DNA of 62,707 nt, filler included, from Sphacelaria rigidula (Eukaryota), in NCBI GenBank assembly GCA_964200075.2. It is 9 parts of 9 records of this genome, joined end to end, with 100 filler letters (N's around TTAATTAATTAA, not from the genome) between each part and the next. Parts side by side here need not be neighbours in the genome. Positions count along the whole stretch, not along the records: positions 1 to 6,879 come from CAXNAA020017607.1; positions 6,980 to 13,858 come from CAXNAA020017608.1; 7 more parts are not named here. The stretch is one strand, 5' to 3'. The position numbers and the translations under genes are program-made. The notes under the pieces were generated by a model. The model worked only from the letters and a program-made list of their open reading frames with translations, had not been told where the DNA came from and searched no databases. Every line of letters begins with the position of its first letter. Positions within the stretch are counted from its first letter, which is position 1. Positions 1 through 12,999 of this stretch are shown here, piece by piece.

Positions 1-27
1 CTGCGTGCGCCCACTCCTACTCCGCAG

Positions 28-3000
28 TGATCACGATTGCCCGCTTCTTGCCCGGAGAGGAGGTGGCGAAGTTTGCCACCAGTGCGACTACCATGATTTC
101 CTTCGGTTTCGGCCTGTCCATCTTCGTGCTCGTGTAAGTTACACCTGCCCGCTCTTGACTCACCGTTAAACGTACGATAGGCCTCGTGGAATAGTTGACA
201 ATGCCATGACCTAGGGGTATCCCAACTACGGGTAGGTAGGTATCGGCATCGTTTTCAAATGGGTATGTAATGAGATCACGTGTCCGTCCGTCTGCGAGCG
301 CTCGGGTTCACACACGATGGTTGCGATGCACACCCTTGGAATGACACTCCTCGCATTCATTTTGATATTCCGTAGCGAATGACTGCGCATTGAACGGAGG
401 AAAAAGTAGTGTCTGCGGTTGTGTCCCTGAAGTACGATCCACTCGCCGCATGCAGTGCACATCTCATCGTTCGTCACGCCGTCGTGGGCGGGTGCTTGGT
501 ACTGTGTTCCGTCACCGTATTATGCAGCAAGGCCATTTGCGAGTCAGGTAGAGCGTGATGAGACGTTCCTTTCTCGGTTTTCTCGAAAGCTGCGGTGACC
601 ACGCCGCTGAAAGCTGATCTGCAAGCCCTCGCCGGGAGCTGTTTACTCATTCGTACCTCGTGATGGCCGATGGATACTGCTGCCCGCGTGCATACTACCG
701 ACGCTCGGCAGGCTCCAGCATCGGCCTGATGTGATACTTCCTCTGTTCCATAAGTAAAGGCACCTAATTTTTGTACGGGCCCTTAACGACGTCCAATAAT
801 TTCTTTTTCAATGAACTCTGCGGTGTTTTCTCGGTTGAGAAAATGTGTTGAAATTTACGGCTCGTGCTTGAACCATGCCGCCGAACGGCTGCAAAAACAG
901 TAGTCGGCCCAAAAATGGCCGTTTTTTGCCCTATTCCAAGGGGGGGGAAAGTGAAGAAAATAATCTTGATACTTTTAATTGCCCTCGTGCTTGCTGCCAG
1001 GAAGTCCCACGCAATTAAAAAAGAATCAAGCAAATAAAAACAACGCTTTTTTTCCCGTCGGAAAGGGGCAAAAAACGGCCATTTTGGGCCGACTACTTTT
1101 TTAGCAGCCGTTCGGCGGCATGGTTCAAGTGCGAGCTGAAACTTTCAACATATTTGCTTGACCCGAAAAACACCGTAGAGTTCATTGAAATAAATATGAA
1201 ACGATCGGACATCGTTAAGGGCCCGTGCAAATGTAGGTACCTTTACTTATGGGATAGAGAAAGTATTTCATTTTGTGAATACAGATATCGATATCTGGTG
1301 CATACGACAAAACTCCTGATGACAACGAAATTCCACTCTCGTCATACCCTGATTGTTGCTGTTGTATGGCACGTTCGTTTGGGCATTTTGCAGATACGTC
1401 CTGACTGAAGTGTCTGGCGCCAACCTCAACTCGGCTGTATCCCTTGGCCTTCTGATCGGCAGACGCATCCGCATCAAGCGTTTTGTCCTCTACTTGATCG
1501 CCCAGGTATTTCAGTCGCTCGCGCATCACGCACGATGAGCATCGTGTAAGTACATGGTAGGACGTATTTGGTTGGATGAGAATGAAGTGGTGTCCATGCC
1601 AGGAAATGGATGACAGAGCTCGCCGCCCCCTTCACCCGTGCAGAGGGGGGGGGGGGTGCGCTCTACTCGCCATCCTATTAGGATACCGGCCAGCCTAATC
1701 TTGCGAATCTTCTCTCAATCGTTTCTTGCCCCATGGGTCCGCCCGCCCGTGTGTGCCACGACGAAATCCCCTGTATGATCGTTGACAGGAGGCGAATGCC
1801 CCCCACCACCCCCTGCCCCCGTGGTCAAGTGGCCTTGTGACCACGGCACGCAGAATCATGAATCCGCACCCACACCCACCCCCACCCCCACCGCCAATCA
1901 TTCCTAGTACACCGGTTTCCTCACCTCCCACCACTCGATCGGGCTCTGTTTGCAGATACTTGGAGCTGTTGCTGGTGCGGGTCTGGCTACGACATTCCCG
2001 GACGATACAACGGGAGGTTTTAACTCGGTGGCGGACAACGTGTCGATGAGCTCGCGCGCGGTGGTTCGATACGTTGATTCCATAGTGCACGTGTCAGCTT
2101 TTTACACAGCTGCAGTGAACGATCCAGTTGTCGCCGCTAACACGACACGCCCGCAATAGTTGTTGCGTGCTTCGGGCGGCGCTGGTCGATGGAAGAGTAC
2201 ACCACTCAGCTTGTCAAGTATTGGCAGTAGCCGAGATGTATATCGATACTCATTTTTCCTCGCGGTGTCTCTTGTCCCTCAGGAACTGGATGCGTTCGGC
2301 GGTGAGGTGCTGTGCACATTCCTCTCGGTGACTACCGTGTTTGCGGCAACAGATGGAGTTATGGGCAACAAGCACGGCCACATCCGCACCCTCTTGCCCT
2401 TCGCCATCGGCATGGCCGTCTTGCTTTGTGAGTCTTTCGAAGGGTTGGTGGGCATCGTGCACAAGCGCGGAACAAGTGTAAACCCAAGTGTAAAACTTGT
2501 CTCGCGGGAATAGCCACCCTGCACATCACGCACACCCCTCCCATACCCCCCGTTTGAGGGTTGACATCGGTTGACAGCGACGCTGTGAAACACGCCACTC
2601 ACCACGTAAGCACGGCAGCCAAGTTACCGGCGATGTTTTTGATTGCATTTGTTTTTGCGGTAACCATGATGGTTGAGTATATCATTCGTGCGAGGTGGAG
2701 AACCTGAACTCCGCGCAAAGGGGATGATCGTATAGTACGCAGTGCTCATATGATGAGACATCCATGAGGCAGTGCGTGAGCCGGGGCTGTCTTATCACGG
2801 CACTTCGCGCTTGGTGATCGAGTGCGAGCGTGGTCCGGCAAGCACCCGGTGTGCTTCGTCCCGGCTTTGTGGGGATGCGGGGTCAAGGGTCTTGAGAACT
2901 GCGGTCTGGGATTCAATGAGTACATTCTCCCCTCCCTTCGTCCATTCCCACTCCCCCTCACCCCCTTCCCCCCCTTCCCCTTCGCGCATTACGCCTTGCT

Positions 3001-4220
3001 ACAAACGCCAGCCCACCTGGTGTTGATCCCCGTCGACGGATGCTCGATCAACCCCGCTCGTTCCTTCGGCACCTCCGTGACCAACAACAACTGGGAGAGC
3101 CACTGGTAAGACACTGCGACACTACGCTGGCCATCTCAATACCTATTTAGATGGGGCATTCTACGGGAATACTTAGGGTAGCGAACAAATCCGGTAGTTG
3201 GCCACCGACACCACTCACCTCCACCCACATTTTGCGCTTACAGTTGGAAACGGTGATGGCTCCTCGGTATACATTTGTGGCGGTGTATATTTCCATGAGG
3301 TACCATCCACACCACCACCCTTGCTGTGGCCCTCTTTGTGGGTTCCGTGTCGAGAGGAGGCTGTTGTAAGGCTAGCCGTTTTCACCGACCCGCAATGGGA
3401 GCAGTTCCGCCCCGTTTCTCACGTAGTTCTCGCGTGTGTTGGGTTGCTAGACCAACCGTCTCCGCGAGAGACTATTTTAGAGTTATTTCTCGGTGTCCCG
3501 AACAGTAGTAAGGGCGACGAGTCCTCGACAGAGTTATGACCATTTACCCCTTCTGTGAAGTGTAATGGTACCATCAGCCCTACCAGGTTTTGTTTTGTTT
3601 GAACGCTTTCGGGCCCTCTACGCATGTAACCCCCGACGGCTTTATCCGTAGGTCCGGCTGGCAGTAAAAGCGCTGCTGAGTGGTGTCGCAATAGGCCGCC
3701 CCCCCAGAAAAGTGGCTGGTTTGAGGACGCACATCATGCATGTTTACCATAATGGCAAAAGCCGAGAACACAGAGCAACTGAGAACTCCCTACGCTTCAG
3801 ATTGTTTTCGTCTAAGTCGCCCACATCGAGCGTTTCATAGGGTCTGGAACCAGATGCCATGCACTGCATGACCATTTTCCTCGTGACAGTTGGCGGCTGG
3901 TTTGATGGGGAGGGCGATCGCAGCATCACTGTGCTTCATAATTCCTCAAGCATAGTACCCTAACTCTACCTTCGCCCGAAAGCCAAGCATTTGAACGGCT
4001 TGATCTCAAAATCATATCCGACAAAGTGCATCCATCCCTTACCCCCGCCCCAACACGGCCCCATGACGTTTAATCGCCACTTTTGTCTTGTGTTTCCAGG
4101 GTATTTTGGGTCGGTCCTCTGGGAGGAGGGGCCCTAGCAGCCGTGGTCTGGGAAACTATCCTACGCCCCCCGCAGCCTGTCAAGACCGTCCCTATGTGTG
4201 ATGGATCTATGATGGCATGA
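28..4220 (+). CDS. Aquaporin (MIP family), 5'-truncated; exons 28-133, 1394-1505, 1956-2045, 2283-2427, 3012-3105, 4100-4220; may be a decaying paralog
   Basis: Phase-consistent splicing gives ...ISFGFGLSIFVLVYVLTEVSGANLNSAVSLG...YLIAQILGAVAGAGL...AFGGEVLCTF...IGMAVLLSHLVLIPVDGCSINPARSFG...HWVFWVGPLGGG...MMA*, matching MIP helices and both NPA loops. The exon-3 donor reads ATGAGC rather than GTGAGC. Confidence 0.93.
737..1263. mobile_element. Tc1/mariner-type (Stowaway-like) MITE in aquaporin intron
   Basis: TA at 735-736 and 1264-1265; termini CTTCCTCTGTTCCATAAGTAAAGG and CCTTTACTTATGGGATAGAGAAAG; imperfect inverted repeats of roughly 200 bp; non-coding. Confidence 0.85.
2548..2897 (-). repeat. 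Unclassified dispersed repeat family R1 (copy 1, intronic)
   Basis: Reverse-complement similarity to 20938-21280 and 51375-51852 (shared CATCCCCGTTGTGCGGAGTTGAGGTT-like and CTTACG..GTGAGTGGCGTGTTT motifs). Confidence 0.75.
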
Positions 4221-5563
4221 TCGATCTGTTAGTTATTCCTACTAGCGCACCTGTACATCTACAAACCAGGAACACACGAAAGCGCAGATGGTCTATCTCT
4301 CACGGCAGGTGCATGAAGGATACATCACCCCGGCGGGTGGTTCAAGAACTCAATCACCCAGCCGGCTGGTGGTTGTTTGTGCAATATGGATTGGAGATGA
4401 CTGAATTTGGGCGAATATATTTATGTTTGGAAGAAAGTATTTGGCCGGGAGAGAGATGGACGAACGACCGTCAGAGGGAGGGGGGGAGGAGGAGAAAGAA
4501 GTCATGGCAGAGCGGCAGGGACAGAGGCAGACAAGAATATTCAAGTTGCAGCAGTAACGGGGGAGATATGGATTGATCTCTGGGGACCAGGACTCGTTCC
4601 GGGAGACAAAAGTGTGCACACAAAATAAAAGGTAATTCTTGTAAGCATCCGTGAAAATGCAGCAATCCTGTCCACCCATTGACGTGTGCCGCTCTCTGCG
4701 GTGTGCAGTAAGGTAGTTTGGGCGTTTTGTTTGCCCGCAAATTTCTCAGAAGTGCTTTGCAGCCATTTTCTCTTCTGAATTTTCTATTATGGACCCGCAG
4801 TTGCGTGACTACCATTTATAACAGGAGCGATGGTCTCCCATTTATAACCGGAGCGATGGCCTCCTTCATTACTCGCAGTAACGACGATTTATTTGTTGCT
4901 GAAGAGCGTGAACAGCATACGTGCTGTCGTGTTTAACCCTGTTTCATATGTTTTCGTACTGCTGAATGTGGATGACGTTGGGGGGGGGAGGGGGTTGCTG
5001 TATAATTGTGCCACTCTTGTGCGTGATAGTGGGGCAGGGAGAGGGGCCAAGGGCAATCAACCCCACACCCTCGATGTGAATCCTGGTTGGATCACAACTC
5101 TCGTACGTACTGACATCCCTTATCCTTATGTCGGGGATTGGGGCTGCAACTCCAAATGTATCGTGCTGTATAGTGTGATGTATGGTGCTGTAGAATATGA
5201 TGCATTGTGCTGCATGATGTGATGGCAGTAAAGAGGCGTAGACATTAGCTAGCTGGTGTCGGGAGACTTTTTATATGAGTAGGTGAGAGGGAATCGCTGC
5301 TGAGAATTACATGCTAGCACTTGGTACACTCGGTACACAAGTTGGCTCTAGAAGCAGCACGTTTTTAATTTTGAGCAGTTTTGGTCGGTCTGGATGATGA
5401 GTATAATGTACGCAGTGACACATACCTTGGCCTGTGTCGCCGTTGTCTAGATGGGATCCCCGCGTGGAATCATGATGTCATCATAAATGAAGGCCGTGTT
5501 GTTGCAGTGACGAGCTCTTGTGAACGATTCGAGTGCTCATCATGTAAGAGATATGGGGGGTGA

Positions 5564-5632
5564 GGGCGTACTCATTTGTTGCTTGCCTTAGTCGTTTGAC
5601 CATTGACCACGCATCCCTTTCGAGACGGAGCA
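5564..5632 (-). mobile_element. Extreme 3' end of LINE family L-A
   Basis: Reverse complement of GCTCCGTCTCGAAAGGGATGCGTGGTCAATGGTCAAACGACTAAGGCAAGCAACAAATGAGTACGCCC, shared with copies at 20697, 31318, 44340 and 48905. Confidence 0.7.
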
Positions 5633-6235
5633 TGGGGGGTGAGGGGGAGCACCGGGAAGGGGGGGTGCTGAACATCAGAGGGAGGGTGGGGTCGATTGAA
5701 TACTAAGTACGACTGTTTTATGTCTTGTGGATAAGGTGTGAGATAGCGGCATGTCGGAGTAAGCCAACGGCACGTTGAAGTGACGATCTTGTGTAACCAG
5801 TCCGAGCATCGTTCATAATAGATGAATCGGGTCGGGGGGGGGGAGGGTGGAATGAACTCAGCGGAGGGGGAGGTGGAATGTACTCACGGGGAGAGGAAGG
5901 GCAGGCGGGCGGGCACACAACAGAAATTTACATGTTCTTGGCTTTTGGTTTAATCATTTCAAAAGTTGGTGGAGTGTTTGCCGCAACATTTCTTTATTGT
6001 GATTTTCGAGCTCGGGCCTCCCTCACGTACATTGAAGATACATGTATGACGCCGGGTTGCACCCGTCCGTTGAAGAGACAGAACGAAAAAAGACAACACA
6101 TGCATCGAAGGGACCGTGTGAACAGGGAGTCGTCCTTCTTGGATCATACTATGTTCATTCGGGACTGCCCTCGTTCTTACGAGTATGGAGGCTGTAGTGC
6201 TGTTCACTTGTTAAGAGCAAATTGTGCTTGATTTC

Positions 6236-6658
6236 AACAGCGGATTCTAAAAAATGGGATTGAACCCAATATTCAACTCAAAAGCAGTGCTTTCCCTGAC
6301 TGGCCTACAATGATGACAAATTACTCTCATATGGAAGACCTCATCCATCCCGACCTTCCTCGAACTATTCCGGGAGATTTCTATCCTTCTTCCCCCAGAC
6401 AGTATGCTATGTGGGAGCACGATTTTTGGGCCAAAAAGCGTCCCTTTTCTCACCCCGAAATCGAGGCAACAACGTGATTTCGCACATACCCTTTGGGGGA
6501 AAGGAGGGCAAGAAATCCCACGAAATAGTTTGAGGGAGGTTGGGAAGGATGAGGTCGTCTCTGTGAAAGTCATTTGTCATGACTTTAGGTCAGGGAAAGC
6601 ACTGTTTTTGAGTTGAATATCATTTTTTTGCCCAAGCCCATTTTTTTAATCCGCTGTT
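6236..6658. mobile_element. MITE / foldback element with long TIRs
   Basis: AACAGCGGATT..AAAAATGGG at the left and CCCATTTTTTTAATCCGCTGTT at the right, with about 150 bp of imperfect inverted similarity. TSD unclear. Confidence 0.75.
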
Positions 6659-6879
6659 TACTCCTCGGGTTCCGTCTTCCCGGTCCCCTTGTCGACGTCC
6701 ACGAGGAATAAATCTCAAGACCAACAGCTTGCTAATTCCCTACTCCCCACGACCTCACTCTTCTGAGAAGTAATCGTCATCTCCACAAGGTTAGCAAGAC
6801 GCTTTCTACGATGGCCCCTCCCCAAAACCAGTCCAAAAGTGTCACGAAACAAATGGCCATACAGCGCCTGATGTTTGGG

Positions 6880-6979
6880 NNNNNNNNNNNNNNNNNNNNN
6901 NNNNNNNNNNNNNNNNNNNNNNNTTAATTAATTAANNNNNNNNNNNNNNNNNNNNNNNNNNNNNNNNNNNNNNNNNNNN
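6880..6979. other. Artificial contig spacer (N44-TTAATTAATTAA-N44); also at 13859-13958, 20838-20937, 27817-27916, 34796-34895, 41775-41874, 48753-48852, 55731-55830
   Basis: Identical 100-bp spacer containing a six-frame stop linker; flanking contigs are 6879 bp (x6), 6878 bp (x2) and 6877 bp, i.e. sorted by size. Confidence 0.99.
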
Positions 6980-7051
6980 CGGAGATATGAACGATTAAAG
7001 AAACTTGTATCTTAATTGGCTCTGTATCTTAATTGGTACATTTCCCTCTAA

Positions 7052-7250
7052 TCAAACAGCGAAACACGAAATTAGACCCCTCAGCGTGCATTATATGTCA
7101 CGCGCATAGTTAGTCAAACAGCGAAACGCGAAATGAGCCTCCTCAGCGTGCAGTGTATGTTATCTGCATGGCTAGTCAAACAGCGAAACGCGAAATTAGC
7201 CTTCTCAGCGTGCATTATATGTCACCAGCATGGCTAGTCAAACACCGAAC
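7052..7250 (+). repeat. 62-bp minisatellite, about 3.2 copies
   Basis: TCAAACA(G/C)CGAA unit starts at 7052, 7114, 7176 and 7238. Confidence 0.9.
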
Positions 7251-7893
7251 CCAAACTTATCAACCCACCTCTCACCACCATAGTGCAAAAGGCACGGCAA
7301 TGACCTCTGAAACCGCGGTGTCTCGAAATATCAATAACAAAGTTTCTACCCAACCTGCGAATGCACTACCTTGTCATACCCTACCATTCAGCAAGCGAAA
7401 TAAGGAGGTGTGTATTGGACGGTCTTGCCGCATCTCAGCTCACAAGTTGAGAGGAGTTGAAAACTGCAGATAATTGAATAAATCACTTCTCAGTACGCAT
7501 GCTATGGAGAAAAAGTACCAACCCTCTGGTGAAAGATATCGGAGAAAAGCGGGTTTTCTAATCAGCACAGTAACTCCTCCGGTGGGGGACCAATACAGGC
7601 CCCAGTTGTGACGTAAAAGTGCATACTAGGATAAAGCAGAAGCCAAACAAGAGCGCATTTCGAGTTTGTTCCTAAGCAGCCTTTATAACAGCCGTCGAAA
7701 ACGCGATACACCAGACACGAGTCCAAAATCGTCGAAAACAAAACTCAACTTGTTGAGACTCATATCATGGTACATTCGGCGCGGTACCCCAGGGAATCGG
7801 TAACGTTACATTCCACTTTGACACCTGTTCAACCTGCCGCCAGAATAAACAACAACTTTGTAAGCAATGGCTGCTGATTCCAAATCGGGACTA

Positions 7894-8335
7894 ACACGGG
7901 ATCCTACACATTGGGGATGGATTTTTATTGGGGATGAGGATCCCGGAGAATTAAAATCTTCGTATCCACACCAAATCTTCAAAACATGTTTTCATTTCTT
8001 CACCTACTGATAGCTATGGACAACTGCTACACGCCGTAGAAATTTGGATTTCGATCACCGAAATGTTGGGATCCTAGGCGAAAAACCAACTTTCGGGAAT
8101 TCCGGATGTCCGAACGGACGTCAAAATGGTTCCGAAATTATTTTTTTCACCTGGGACCCCAACATCTCGGTTATCGAGATCCAAATATTTATGGCGTGTA
8201 GCAGTTGTCAATAGCTATCAGTAGGTGAAGAAATGAAACCATATTTCGAAGATTTGGTGTGGATACGAAGATTTCAATTCTCCGGGTTTCTCATCCCCAA
8301 TAAAAGATCCATCCTCAATTTGTAAGATCCCGTGT
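7894..8335. mobile_element. TA-flanked MITE with ~185-bp TIRs (Tc1/mariner-type)
   Basis: TA-ACACGGGATC...GATCCCGTGT-TA; long inverted arms (CTTCACCTACTGATAGCTAT / ATAGCTATCAGTAGGTGAAG). Confidence 0.88.
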
Positions 8336-8439
8336 TATTTGCCTATAATCTCTCTAAAAGATCATCCGGTCACATCTAGTTTAGATGCAGCACCTGGATA
8401 TTTAGATCTGGTAAATCTTAAAAAGAAAGAAGCGGCGAA

Positions 8440-8992
8440 ACAAGTGTCAAAACTCTGGAATACCGAACGTAATGAAGCCTTCGGAAAAATTAAGCAATTA
8501 ATGACCGAGGCACCCGTCCTTCAATTTCCAGACTTCACTAAATACTTGACGATATATACATGTCGATACGTCAGACCGAGGTGGGGGAGCGACGACGACG
8601 CGATCGTAACATACTTCAGTCAACGTTTCAGCGATGCTCAATCTCGCTACTCGCTCAGCATGAAAGGATGTTATGCCGTCGTACTCGCCATTCAGCATTT
8701 CAGACCTTTCCTATGGGGCCGTCACTTTACGTGTGTAACCGATTATGTCGCTCTTCGATATCTATATGCAACACAAGATACGAGCAAAATTTTGACCCGT
8801 TGGGCGATCTCATCGCAATTGTATGATTTCACGGTCAGACATGAACCGGGGAAACTTCATGTCATTCCGAACACCCTCTCACGGCTATTCGCTTTCGAAA
8901 AGCGACAAGAGGCTGAAATCGTGCCTTCCCTGCTCCCCGCCAGGTATTACAAAAACGATGACAGGATTTTTGTAAGCTCTATGGGACGTTGA
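8440..8992 (+). mobile_element. Degenerate Ty3/gypsy pol fragment (RT connection and RNase H)
   Basis: WNTERNEAFGKIKQLMTEAPVLQFPDF...YFSQRFSDAQSRYS...AVVLAIQHFRPFLWGRHFTCVTD...LTRWAI..QLYDFTVRHEPGKLHVIPNTLSR; several conserved residues decayed. Confidence 0.9.
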
Positions 8993-9929
8993 CGGGCATA
9001 GAGAGTTTTCTCCTAATGAAATTCCACATCTTCCCACTCGCGAAGTGTTTCATCTGCACAAATTTCTATTTTGAACGTGAACGTATGAATTTCAGTTCGG
9101 TCCTATACTGATTGTTTCATGCCAATCTCAGAACAGTTTGGTATAACTGTTCGACGGTATCTCCGCACGTTTGACCGAACCCCAAGCGGGCGCTTTCCCG
9201 CAGCTCTTGAGAGGCGTTTTGATACTGTGGAATGAGTTAAAAAAAACGGAACTGTTTCATTTACAACCATTGTCAATCTCGATGCTACGGTGGTTGCACA
9301 GTCAGTACAGCAACGAGAGCTAGCTACAGGCTTTGTCCGGGCTTGTCAGACGTACTGCTGCCAGCGCTGCTTGAAACCTATTCTTAGGCAAGACCTTTGC
9401 GGTCGCCGGTTGATGGCGTGGGTCACGAATGCAGCGGCTAGGGGTTGATCATAGAGCACTCGTGTTCCTCGTGAAACCATAATCTCGCCACAGCTTATAC
9501 TGAGTGACCTCCTCAAATGCAATTTTTGGGAAGATACCCACAATCACGTAACGGGTGCTCCAGACTACAGCATGGCGGCAGGCACCCCTATGTTGGGTCA
9601 CGCCAGCAACAGTTTGATCACTGCCAGAGGTGTATTTCCTCACTCCGCATGACAAGAAGATCTTCAAGGTGTATGATCTCTCAGACATCCCCCCAACTGG
9701 TGTGTGGCACGCTCTTGTCCTCGTCGCGCACGCACAGGTGCACGGGTAAAATCAACGATGATAACAACACCCCCCAAGTTGCGGTTGGATCTTGTTATTG
9801 CGGCAACACTGTCCTTGCTGCCACATGTAAATCAGAGAGGAGTAGCGGTGACGGGAACATCGCACTGCTTTTCGACGACATGTTCTATAGTGCACAGGGG
9901 CGCGCCCTGCCCAAAACGAGAGGCAGAGA

Positions 9930-10100
9930 GGATTCGATCTTTGCGTTGATCTGCGCCACAGACAGCAAGAGACGACACCCCTTGGCACCTCGATGTTCTT
10001 TGAGGTACTGTGCAGCAATACTCCGCATGCCGGCACATGAAAAATTGGGTAGTGCTGGTAACATGATGGCAATCTCTCGAGCGATTGGGAACCGCCAAAC
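9930..10100 (+). mobile_element. Possible hAT transposase dimerisation-domain remnant
   Basis: RRHPLA...LRYCAA.....HE.LGSAGNMMAISRA loosely matches YPxLA..A..YL.IPATSA.SER.FSxAG...T..R. Confidence 0.3.
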
Positions 10101-10899
10101 GAGAACACACAGAGGACACGGACGACGAGCTTCCTCTCCGCCGGTGCTCCTCCGGTGATATCGTCATCGACACGCGTGTGCACGGCATTCGTTCCGTGAG
10201 CCTAGCCACACCTGCTAGATTGCTACAGTTTTTTTGGGGGGGAAATATGTTTTCTCTTGACGTAACTGTTTCGCACCATATCTGCAACAATTTTATGCCG
10301 TTCGAACCCCGTTTCTATGTTCAACCCCACTTTTGAGAAGCGGTTGTTATGCGTAAGGTCCGCACAAGCTAGGGGACGTAATCGTCCACGCAGTCACAGC
10401 CAGAAGATTCAGAAATCAGGTTTTCTCTCGAAAGTGATGCAGGTGCGGCATTTGTTCGCACGTTGTAAGGCCGATGAATTACGCGAGAGAGCCATCTGTA
10501 ACTCTGTTCATCAACAGTTTGAACAAATAGGGCTGTTCCAAGTTCGTTGAGTAGAAGCGCGCTGAAATCTCCAGCATCCATCTTGGGATCTCTGGCATGA
10601 CTAGCCGGGAAAAAGGCACCACCGAAATGTATGACGGAGACAGTCATTTAGATGTAGAGTCACCAGCTGCTGGATCTGCATCAAGATCAAGCCCTATCGG
10701 GACCCGCTCCCGAGGTCGTCAGCAACCGTCCAGTTGTGCGCGTGCTCTTCACCGGAAGGGGCAGCGACGACGACAGAGGCGGCAGCGGCAGTGGCAGCGG
10801 GGGCAGCTTTGCAGACCGAGCAACTCGAGGACCTTGCTCATGGCGTGGCGGACTACTCCCGCACGGTATCATATGTGAGGGCAATTGCCAACACGTACG

Positions 10900-12800
10900 G
10901 AGCAAAATAATATGATCGCTGTAGCTAGTAGTTGTTCAAGATTGTGCACTTGAAAACAGCTGGTGCAGCAAAGCAGGTTTTATATTACGTTTCAGGCCGT
11001 ACTACTAAAATACCAGGATAATTTCAAACGAAGACGCCGTGCTCTCATGCGACAGTTGGACAGAGCTACCGTATCAGAAGAACAGGGCCCTGACGTGCTC
11101 ATGACACAGTTTACCAACTTCGGGACGAGATAGCCTACATGCGCGATATAGCGTCAGAGGAGGGACTTGCGGATATTGTGATCGAAGATTTGATCGATGA
11201 CCATGATCCAACCATATAAGACGTTGAACGCGACCCAGATTTCAGCTCTTCCGAAATTGAAGTCGCGATGCGCAACATATGTTCCAACCGGGTTGCGTGT
11301 GAGGTTTCGGCTACAAAGGCTCATGGGCGTGAAGCAGCCATACTCGCGGCATCACCGTTGCATCTGTCAATGAACTTTCCTAAGTTTCACAGGAATATAT
11401 ACTCCTGTCGCAATACAGGGCATCATATGTGTGACCGTTGGGCAAGAAAACAGTCCCACAGTGAGAGTTGACCTGAAACGTGGTGCAGCTTACACCACAC
11501 GGATAGCATGATGATTTTGAGCGCAAGAGTCTACCAAGCAACGGGAGCATGATGAGAAACACTGGCAATTACAGCAACAAGCATCACCGCAACCACAATA
11601 GCGACGGCAACCGCTCCATCCAGCACCAGCAGCAACGGCAACCACGGCGCCCGCAGCAGCAACAAGAAAAGTCCCGGCGCCCACAACGGCAACAACAATG
11701 AGCCCTCAAAACAAGCAAACACCGTCACCGTCGATCCAGCATCAGCTATTGTACCTTCGACGAATTCCGTTCGGCAAACCAATGCCCCCCTCAGCAAACC
11801 AACGCCCTCCGCAGCAACAAAAGTGACTGGTACACCCTCGCCACCAAGCGGGCAGGTTGTGCTTCCCTTGTCGGTTCCTAGATTATCGACAGTTATCAAT
11901 CACCTGTCTAATTTTCGTTCAAGACGGTCGTTGATAGCGGAGCTTCACGTAACTTCATTGATAATCAGTTGTCGCCTAGGATCGAACACGAAATGGTGAC
12001 TACATGAAGCTTCATCCTCCTATGAGCATTTCAGCAACTAGGCGTCATCTACTCCACAGCACCGGAGGAGGAGTCGTTCACGATATTATCACTGATATCA
12101 GAGCTCTGTGCGTACTCTAGCTGTAGTCGTTAAGAAAAAGATCTGGTTGCACCAGTCTAAGTATTGACGAAGGACTTTCAACCGTATCCCCCGTCCATAC
12201 TGCTCGGTACTTTCCTCGGGAATTTTATAATGTTGACTAGCATGAGATGTAACGGAACGCCCCACTACAACAACATACATAAAGCTTGTACAATAATCGA
12301 GGGTTTTCAACCTCAGCACTCACGTCTACTGTATAGTATTTGGGGAACTCATGGGTGTCGGTACAGCATTTTTCAACGGAAATCATCGATGAGGAAACAA
12401 CTGAAGACTCGACAGCTCTTTCGAATACCGCGAGAGCGGAAGTTTGGTGCGACTGGGTTACCCCAGAAAGTGTTATGCGCGGCGTTCAAAACATTACTGA
12501 ATCAGGTGTACATTTTGAAGGCTCACTCTTACCATGGAGTGGTGCCACGGCAGGGGTGAACATCACGTTTCTCAAGCTCCTAACTTTCGGAGCGTTTCAA
12601 TGAGAAACAGTCATGAGGTTGGAAGGCGTTTATTACCACGCCGAGGACTGTGGGGCTGCAGGTTTGATCAGACTTGATCAGATGGAACAGGGCTTTGATA
12701 AAAAGGATATAGTCGGCTAGCGTCTCAGTTTCAGCTTCCGAGTCACTTACGACCTTTGCTTGGAAGGCGAAACATTGCAAGCCCGTCAGTCCGGTGAGAC
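10900..12800 (+). mobile_element. Highly degenerate Ty1/copia remnant (gag, protease, integrase traces)
   Basis: Frameshifted gag-like peptides (RRRALMRQLD, DPDFSSSEIEVAMRNI, GREAA); protease motif VDSGASRNFID near 11930; RLxSD-like integrase trace near 12670; many stops. Confidence 0.6.
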
Positions 12801-12999
12801 AAGTGAAAGAGCATTGAGCAGAGCAAATAATAATACGAATGAATGAGGGTCTTATGGATCAAGTGGACATCAACCTACTCATTGTGTGAGTTAAAGGGTT
12901 GGGGATGCTGGTTTGTTGTGAACACACGACAAATACCTTGGTAGATTGTTCGAATCGACCGCCCTGCCAATCTTATCGATGGCCGCCAAGGCCGAGATC

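Noticed and set aside
7052-7250. 62-bp periodic array as a CRISPR array
   Set aside because: The whole unit is repeated, with no unique spacers and no cas genes, in a eukaryotic context.
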